Source: an uncultured Nitrospirales bacterium
GTDB lineage: Bacteria > UBA10199 > JADGCS01
Length of the DNA: 64,000 bases
Direction: 5' to 3'
Assembly: GCA_964526915.1 (NCBI GenBank)
Contig: CAZGMS010000148.1
Span: forward strand, 19,063 to 83,062
Part shown: piece after piece, positions 57,660 to 64,000 of the stretch
How the letters are laid out: every line of letters starts with the position of its first letter
Numbering within the stretch: the stretch's first letter is position 1
Program-made: the position numbers and the translations under genes
Notes under the pieces: model-generated
What the model saw: the letters and a program-made list of their open reading frames with translations, nothing else
Told to the model about the DNA's origin: nothing
Database searches by the model: none

Positions 57660-60600
57660 TTCCCCACCCCCTCCACAATTTTGATTTCGTCATCAGTGAG
57701 GCCGTAGAGGGAATAGACAAGCTGGTCGATTTTCTTTTCGTATTCTTTGACTTGAACCTGTTTTTGCGGATTTTTTAAGTAGTCATCGGATTTGGTGATC
57801 TCTAATATTTTATCAACAATTTCGATGAGGGGTTTTTGATTTGATTCTGAAACCGTTACAAGCGGCAAATTTATTAATGGCTCTTTATCAATCTGAAAAT
57901 TATTTCCCTGCATTTTGCCTTTGTGGCGCAACCAAAATACAACTAACTTTGAATTTAACAAGGCAACCAAATATTTAAGACTCATTCTTTCCGTTTTGAT
58001 TACATAAAATGTTGCGGAAACGTAACTGTCAAAATCAACATAACTAAAAGTTGGCTCTTCACACTTTCTTGCAACAATAATTTTTTCTCCGATAAAGTAT
58101 CTCTCATCTCTGGATCTGTGCAACCCGTATGGTTTATTGTCAGAAGTGATTACTTTTGAAAATTGATCGAGATGTTTTTTGATATTGGGATAGCCTTCAA
58201 TCTTTTTTACGTTTTTAAAACTTGAGTCGGTATAAATCACCCATTCTTTATTATTTGGATTCCCATACCAGCGAAATAATTCTTTGGTCGTATAAGATGG
58301 TTTAATTAGGCCACGCTCATTTTCTGTAAAAGGTATTCTCTCTCTTTCAGAATTGCTAAGTACAAATATGCCATCTCCAATACTGTAATTACCACCCAAC
58401 TTTGTCTGGCTTGCTTTGTTAACATAATCTTGAGGATATACGATGCCTTGCTTAACCTCTGTATCACAATCCAACTGAATATTTTGTTTGGAACATATTT
58501 TTTCTAAAACTGGGCTGACAGCTGAATTGCTAAAAGTGAGGGGTTTATTCACCATCTCTGTTCTGATTATATTTGGTTCTAAGTATTCTGTTTTATTATT
58601 TTGGCATTTGCCCAAAACAGCTAGAACATCCTCGAACTGCAATTCCTGCTCAATGAGCCTGCGGAAATCAAAATTATAGTTTTCATTGCTAGCGTCTTTT
58701 TGAAAAATCATCACCATAGTTTGAATGCCTGCACATTCAAATATTTTGTAGTCTCCAAAATCAACTAAATGCAAAATCTGGGTGTCACTCATTATCTTGT
58801 TCCTGAGCACAGAGGCACCATAGCTCGTCACCCAGTTGTTTTGAGCAATAAAAGACAAAATGCCAGTGTTGTTTCTGAGAAGATCAATGCTCTTACATGC
58901 AAAGAAATACCACAGGTCCATTTTCCCCTGATAATAGGGGGACTTTCTAAGCCCATCGAAAGCCGATTTTTGGGTATATTCTTTAATATACGGCGGATTC
59001 GCGATTACGATATCGAACCCGCCATTCTCAAACACCTCAGCAAAGTGAAATTTCCAAAGAAAAAATGGTTTTGTTTTTGATTTCTTGAATTGCTCTAGTT
59101 TCTTGAGTTCTGAAGTTTTGTTTTGTTCCTGAAGCGTGGCTTCAATAAGGCACCATTCCATCTTATCGATTTGATTTCTCAGTTTCTTTTTATTCTCTTT
59201 TTCATTCGTTTCAAAATACTCTTTATGCAACCGTTTTAATTCGTCACTCAAAGATTGAGCCCCTAACTGTTCGTATAAGTTAAGCTCTCTTTGCTGCTTT
59301 GTCTTTTCAAAGCCTTTTAACTCGGTAGCTAAAGCCATTTTTCTCGCATCCAATGCTTTTCTACAATTTTCCAATACTAGTAAATCGGCAGGTTTTTCTA
59401 AGTTATTCTTCCTCATCCAATTCGGATTTCTCTGATAATACTTTAGCCGCTCACTATCATTTTCCTGCAATTGCAGATCAATTTTACTAATTTGAGCAAC
59501 AATGTCTTGTTTTGATGTTTGAGAAAGATATTTTTCATCAAATAGTTTTACACCTTCATACTCCTCCAACAGACTATTGCCCTGCATGATTTTGAAATCC
59601 AAATTCGGTAAAGGCTGAATATCGTCTTTGTCCTCGTCAACCAATAGAGAAATAAAGAAACGTAACTTTGCTATTTCTACGGCAATTTGTTGAACGTCCA
59701 CGCCGTAAATGCACCTTTGAATTAAATACAGCTTCCTCCAATAATCAGGTTTCTTTGTCTGAAAATATTCTTTTATCTCTTTTATTGTCTTGGCTTTAAG
59801 GTTTTGGTCGGGGATCGCATCTGCAGATTTTAGCTGGGCTTGTTCCCAGAGTTTATTGTCGCGATCTACTTTATTAAGAATGAAAACCAGTTTGTTGAGC
59901 ACCCCCATGGGGAAGGCACCAGACCCAACCGCAGGATCAACAATTTTGACACTTTCAACCAGCTCTACCAACTTCTTTTTTTCCTGATCATTAAAAAGAT
60001 TTTCTTGGCTCTCGACAGAGAATAATACGCCCAATTTTTCATCCAGATTTTCTATGCCCTCAAGGTGTGTTTTGAAATAGACTTTGAGCGATTCGCTCAC
60101 CATGTAATCAACAATCTCCCTTCGCGTGTAATAACTACCTGTGGCCTTGCGAGCCGTGGTGGAGGTTTCGGGATTAAAGCTAGCCAGAAGGTTTTCAAAA
60201 ACTCTACCCAAAAGTTCAGGGTCCAGGGCAACCTCGGCATCGTCTGGTGAGTTTTCGTCAATTGTGAAGTTAAACGAAGACAGAATATTTAGCAGTCCGC
60301 TGACCAGATATTTTTTGTTTTTAGTGTCAAAATCTTTATTGAGATCAACCTTTTTCTCTTGGCTGAAAAACAGTTCATTGGGAACAACTGGCTGATTTTT
60401 TTTTGTTCTAGAAAATCCGTCTATGATAATTCCATTGGGCCTATCATCCAAACACTCAAAGAGACCGCCGTTCAAAAATGGAATGCTCTCAAAATATTTT
60501 TTCAAATCTTCCGGACTTTTAAAAAGCTCCTGATAACGAAAGACGTATTGATTACCAAAATCGGAATTGTATCCTTTGTGTCCTCTCGCCTCGCTACCAA

Positions 60601-61423
60601 AGTCCCGTTCTTCTTTTTTGGTGCTCAGCGTCGCAAAAAACAAATTCTGAAGAATGCCCGTGTAATAAGTGGTAGCTTCATCATCTAAACTCTTGAGAAT
60701 TGAATCGATGCTCTTTTTTTCAAACAATTCTCTTGGGACCAGACCTCGCTCTCGCATAAACCAGATAAAAATCATTCTGGTAATCAGTCTGATAACGGCA
60801 ATGTTTTTGCCGTTATCCTCTGCTATCGCATCTTTGGGAAATTGGGTTGTTTTTACAGCCCAAAAATACCAATAAGAAATGCGCTCGTAGAATTCTTTGG
60901 TAACCTTATCTACCGAGAAAGCATCTTTAATTTTTTCTAAACTGGAAAAATCACCGTCGCCGATTCGTTGTTTAAATGTTTTATTCGTAACTTGCAGTTC
61001 AGAACTGACAAAATAAGTAAATCGGCGGAAATTATTCCACTGCCGACGGGTGCCGATTGATTCTGGATAGACGAGAGAAAAACGAAAGTTTCCACTTGGA
61101 TCGTGGAAAACAAAAATACCTGCCGAAAACATCTGGTTTTCTGCCGACCTCAAGATGCTTTTAGCTTTTTCATACTGAGCCTTTTTGCCCAAACGCTCAG
61201 AAAGCTCTTTTTTAACCTTAAAGGAGCATACGATTAGACTGTCACCATCAGAAAAATTGATTTCACCAAGTTTCGTTCCATTTCCAAAGTCAGGGTCATC
61301 AAAGTGAGTATAATTCTCTCCGCCAGGCTTATATTGGCGGGTTTTTACTCGAAAATATTTGTTCAGCGTTTCAACAGAAAAATGTTCAATGAGGGCTTCT
61401 AAAATTTGTCTGGTTTCACTCAT
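57656..61423 (-). CDS. large N6-adenine DNA methyltransferase, PglX / DrmMI / Type IIG-like (about 1255 aa)
   Basis: SAM motif I VDPAVGSGAF, motif IV NPPY (IANPPYIKEY), C-terminal TaqI_C-like target-recognition region (LVALLNSKLVVFWL). Confidence 0.7.
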   Translation of the reverse strand: MSETRQILEALIEHFSVETLNKYFRVKTRQYKPGGENYTHFDDPDFGNGTKLGEINFSDGDSLIVCSFKVKKELSERLGKKAQYEKAKSILRSAENQMFSAGIFVFHDPSGNFRFSLVYPESIGTRRQWNNFRRFTYFVSSELQVTNKTFKQRIGDGDFSSLEKIKDAFSVDKVTKEFYERISYWYFWAVKTTQFPKDAIAEDNGKNIAVIRLITRMIFIWFMRERGLVPRELFEKKSIDSILKSLDDEATTYYTGILQNLFFATLSTKKEERDFGSEARGHKGYNSDFGNQYVFRYQELFKSPEDLKKYFESIPFLNGGLFECLDDRPNGIIIDGFSRTKKNQPVVPNELFFSQEKKVDLNKDFDTKNKKYLVSGLLNILSSFNFTIDENSPDDAEVALDPELLGRVFENLLASFNPETSTTARKATGSYYTRREIVDYMVSESLKVYFKTHLEGIENLDEKLGVLFSVESQENLFNDQEKKKLVELVESVKIVDPAVGSGAFPMGVLNKLVFILNKVDRDNKLWEQAQLKSADAIPDQNLKAKTIKEIKEYFQTKKPDYWRKLYLIQRCIYGVDVQQIAVEIAKLRFFISLLVDEDKDDIQPLPNLDFKIMQGNSLLEEYEGVKLFDEKYLSQTSKQDIVAQISKIDLQLQENDSERLKYYQRNPNWMRKNNLEKPADLLVLENCRKALDARKMALATELKGFEKTKQQRELNLYEQLGAQSLSDELKRLHKEYFETNEKENKKKLRNQIDKMEWCLIEATLQEQNKTSELKKLEQFKKSKTKPFFLWKFHFAEVFENGGFDIVIANPPYIKEYTQKSAFDGLRKSPYYQGKMDLWYFFACKSIDLLRNNTGILSFIAQNNWVTSYGASVLRNKIMSDTQILHLVDFGDYKIFECAGIQTMVMIFQKDASNENYNFDFRRLIEQELQFEDVLAVLGKCQNNKTEYLEPNIIRTEMVNKPLTFSNSAVSPVLEKICSKQNIQLDCDTEVKQGIVYPQDYVNKASQTKLGGNYSIGDGIFVLSNSERERIPFTENERGLIKPSYTTKELFRWYGNPNNKEWVIYTDSSFKNVKKIEGYPNIKKHLDQFSKVITSDNKPYGLHRSRDERYFIGEKIIVARKCEEPTFSYVDFDSYVSATFYVIKTERMSLKYLVALLNSKLVVFWLRHKGKMQGNNFQIDKEPLINLPLVTVSESNQKPLIEIVDKILEITKSDDYLKNPQKQVQVKEYEKKIDQLVYSLYGLTDDEIKIVEGVGK

Positions 61424-64000
61424 AGTTTCTTGTTTTCAATAGCAATGATGATTTCCCTTTTTTGATCTTTTAGCCGACTATTTTCTTTGACTAAATATTC
61501 TTCACCAAGTTCGTCTTTTAATTCCAAAAGATCTTTGACGAAAGCTTCTCTAATATTGGCAATTCGACGCAAGGTATAATCTGCCAAAGTGCCGTAGCTG
61601 AGAATGTCTTCTTTCAGCGTGCGCAGAAACTTTTTACAGGGCATCAGATTCTCGCTGGCGCTTTTGATCAGAAAGTTGAGATTGTTCAGCGCCTTCATCT
61701 CCAAGCTTTGCTCACTTGTTGGGCCTAAACGATAATTTCTGAAGTCCTGAATTGCCTGATAGGCCTGCCAAAATTGGTCGGTGTTCCATTGCAACGGTTT
61801 TTCATCCGGCAAACAAGCGATTTTTTCAAACACGTCTTCAAAAACAGTTTGATAGGATTCAACCTTTTCTGCGTCAGTGCGGGCTCCACTTACATACAGC
61901 CGCCCCTTTTTAAAAAACACCAAGAGTTCGTTTTCGTTGTACCCCTTCGAGGATTTAATGCGTGGCGGGTAATTATTAAGATTTTCTATCAATTCGGGAT
62001 GTTCTTTTTTAATTCTCAAAAACTCCTTCAAAACCTTAGTATAAAAACCTTCCTCCTCTTGATCGTCCGGATTTTGCTGAATACGCTTAAATAGACCTGC
62101 AGGGGTAGGTTCCTCTTCTATGTCAAAAATTTTGCAGTCTTCACCAAGTGCGTTGTGAATCAGGAACATCTTGTTGGCCGCGATCTCACGCGACTTAACA
62201 AGTTCCGCACCCTGCTCCGTGGGGAAAAAGTTAACAATGTATAACTCCTCAAAAACCTTCTTGCTGATACGATTGATTCGCCCCAGTCGCTGGATCACGC
62301 GCACGGGATTCCAAGGAATATCGTAGTTGATGACCATTCCAGCCCGATTAAGGTTGAATCCTTCGGAAATCTTGTCTGAAGAAAGAAGAAGCTCAAAGTC
62401 ATTCTCCTGCTCCGGATAAGAAGCATCGAAGTTTTTATTTATTTTAACAATTTTTGAAGCAGGCAAATCCCCTGCGACAACTAGCATTTTACCGCCATAA
62501 TGTTTTGAGAGTTTTTTTTCTAAATAGAGCACTGTATCAACGTATTCTGTAAAAATAATAATTTTCCGTTTGGGGGCCCCCTTTTTCGACGGCTTGGAAA
62601 ATTCATCCTCAAGGTGGTCTATTAGACAGGCTGCTTTTGGATCATGCTTTATCAAAGCTAATTTTGAAAGCTTGCATAATACTTCATCAAATAATTTTAA
62701 ATCCAACTCTATTGCTTCAATAAACCCTGCTCTATTTTTGAATTCCTTGAGTTTATAGCGCTTGTGGCTTTTAGGGTATTCACCTCGACTAATTTTTTTC
62801 TCATACTCAAGCAGATATTTTTCAATCTCATCATCGCCCAATTCGTAAATTTTGTCCAAAAGAGCCCGATCCAGTATATATTCATCGGTTTTCTTGATAA
62901 ATTGATAACTGTTTTCGGTAATTATTTTAAAATTCTTGATGCTTTGCTCAAAAGAGCCAAACGAACTTTCAAAACGCTTAACGAGCAAGCGGCGCATAAA
63001 ATCAAACAAATTTCGTTGTTGAATAAACTGACGATTGTCTTCCTCATTCCTTTTTTCATGGGGATCTCTTTCATATTCAAACGGCCGGTAGATAGCTCCT
63101 TTGAAACGTCCACCATTTTCGGGGTCTCCAAAATAGTTTTCAATAATTTCTGAGTAAAATTCTGACTGTTCTTTGTTTAATTCAAAGAACCATTCTTTTG
63201 GGCCTGCAACTTTTGATAATTCTTTGACCTCGTTTTTATAAAATGGATTGTTTTGCAAATCCAAACGATTGCGCCTGATCGTCACCGGTTCAATGACATT
63301 CCTGATTTGCCTGGCTAGGTAATGCGCTCTTCCTGTGATTTTTTTGAGATCAACAGTTCCATCCCCAAATAAGGTCTTATAGTAATTTTGTGCTTTAGTT
63401 CTTTTGTTCACATCTGAAGAATTCCAATATTTTTTAATATAACCAAGTCGGTCAAAAACACCCTTAAAGCCTTTGAATTGGTCAACGAGATTGCTTTCCA
63501 ATGTGATCGATGATTTTTTGGGGGTAATGAACAACTTAAGAAGCGAAAGAATGTCACCTGGTCGATTGTTAAATGGTGTTGCAGTCAATAGAATGACCTG
63601 TTTATTGCGGCAAATATTTTTGAGGATTTCATAATCTTGAGTGTCTTGATTTCTAAAACGATGGGCTTCATCAACAATCACAACCTCGATTTCTTTTGTT
63701 TTGTTAACATACTCTAGAGTGCTTTCCAGATCACCAAGGGACCGAACCTCCCAATTTTGAAGCCCGAATTCTTCGGTATATTTATTCCAACCTGAGTTCT
63801 TATTTCTGTCTCCAACAAGTCCGGGTGGACAGATAATGACGCCTCGCGTTTTGAGCTGTTTTGCAATGGCACAAGCAATGATGGTCTTACCGAGTCCCAC
63901 AACATCAGCCACAATGACGCCATGATTGTTTTCTATAATAGACAGTGCCTGCCTGACCGCATCGAGTTGATATTGGTAGGGTATATAGCCATTTTCTTCC
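61420..64000 (-). CDS. SNF2-family (SF2) helicase, 5'-truncated by the window end
   Basis: Q-motif/motif I PYQYQLDAVRQAL...VADVVGLGKT, motif II VIVDEAHRFRN, motif III LLTATPFNN, helicase C motifs FTEYVDT and QRLGRINR. Confidence 0.7.
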   Translation of the reverse strand, partial: EENGYIPYQYQLDAVRQALSIIENNHGVIVADVVGLGKTIIACAIAKQLKTRGVIICPPGLVGDRNKNSGWNKYTEEFGLQNWEVRSLGDLESTLEYVNKTKEIEVVIVDEAHRFRNQDTQDYEILKNICRNKQVILLTATPFNNRPGDILSLLKLFITPKKSSITLESNLVDQFKGFKGVFDRLGYIKKYWNSSDVNKRTKAQNYYKTLFGDGTVDLKKITGRAHYLARQIRNVIEPVTIRRNRLDLQNNPFYKNEVKELSKVAGPKEWFFELNKEQSEFYSEIIENYFGDPENGGRFKGAIYRPFEYERDPHEKRNEEDNRQFIQQRNLFDFMRRLLVKRFESSFGSFEQSIKNFKIITENSYQFIKKTDEYILDRALLDKIYELGDDEIEKYLLEYEKKISRGEYPKSHKRYKLKEFKNRAGFIEAIELDLKLFDEVLCKLSKLALIKHDPKAACLIDHLEDEFSKPSKKGAPKRKIIIFTEYVDTVLYLEKKLSKHYGGKMLVVAGDLPASKIVKINKNFDASYPEQENDFELLLSSDKISEGFNLNRAGMVINYDIPWNPVRVIQRLGRINRISKKVFEELYIVNFFPTEQGAELVKSREIAANKMFLIHNALGEDCKIFDIEEEPTPAGLFKRIQQNPDDQEEEGFYTKVLKEFLRIKKEHPELIENLNNYPPRIKSSKGYNENELLVFFKKGRLYVSGARTDAEKVESYQTVFEDVFEKIACLPDEKPLQWNTDQFWQAYQAIQDFRNYRLGPTSEQSLEMKALNNLNFLIKSASENLMPCKKFLRTLKEDILSYGTLADYTLRRIANIREAFVKDLLELKDELGEEYLVKENSRLKDQKREIIIAIENKKL

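Larger units (their letters stand above)
50386..64000. mobile_element. genomic island integrated at the 3' end of ssrA (P4-type integrase plus defence-like cargo); extends beyond the window
   Basis: Tyrosine integrase starts 180 bp after the tmRNA 3' end; cargo is AT-rich relative to the core and encodes a RES protein, a Schlafen-like ATPase, an OLD-like nuclease, a PglX-like methyltransferase and an SNF2 helicase. Confidence 0.65.

Noticed and set aside
57656-61423. Calling the locus a canonical type 1 BREX system because of the PglX-like methyltransferase
   Set aside because: No pglZ, brxC, brxA/B or brxL homologs were found among neighbouring ORFs. The partner genes are an SNF2 helicase and an OLD-type nuclease instead.

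Overview
The window has a conserved core of housekeeping genes with two accessory segments. Minus-strand core: an oppABCDF-type oligopeptide ABC transporter operon, dapB-dapA-dapF, a radical-SAM hpnH homolog, and truB-nrnA-rbfA-infB-nusA-rimP, plus pgpA. Plus-strand core: prmA, rsmE, ptsP, hemE, speA and an FHA-FHA-sigma54 activator. RNA genes are tRNA-Ala(GGC) and a one-piece tmRNA (ssrA). Intergenic regions of the opp operon and the neighbouring outer-membrane protein gene carry several repeat families: MITE-like nested hairpins, a 38-bp dispersed repeat, a 9-bp tandem palindrome array, and a GTGGATC heptad stem-loop. Accessory segment 1 (about 43.1-47.0 kb) holds an HTH-Panacea antitoxin and a RelE-like toxin bracketed by ~85-bp direct repeats with palindromic operators. 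It also holds a Fic protein with a degenerate motif, a nucleotidyltransferase-fold protein and a KGG stress protein. Accessory segment 2 starts immediately 3' of ssrA with a P4-type integrase and runs off the window end; it is visibly AT-richer. It encodes a RES-domain protein, a Schlafen/AlbA-HATPase protein, and a translationally coupled four-gene operon (ATGA overlaps at every junction). The operon is an SNF2-family helicase, a ~1255-aa PglX/DrmMI-like N6-adenine methyltransferase, an unknown 322-aa protein and an OLD-family ABC-ATPase/Toprim nuclease. This looks like a non-canonical BREX/DISARM/Hma-like methylation-helicase-nuclease defence module. Its most distinctive unexplained component is the 322-aa protein, and it is the prime candidate for an undescribed system. 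The ORF track admits GTG/TTG starts, so several starts were re-picked at internal ATGs that have an SD and match homolog N-termini. All function calls rest on recognised motifs read directly from the translations; no database search was possible.
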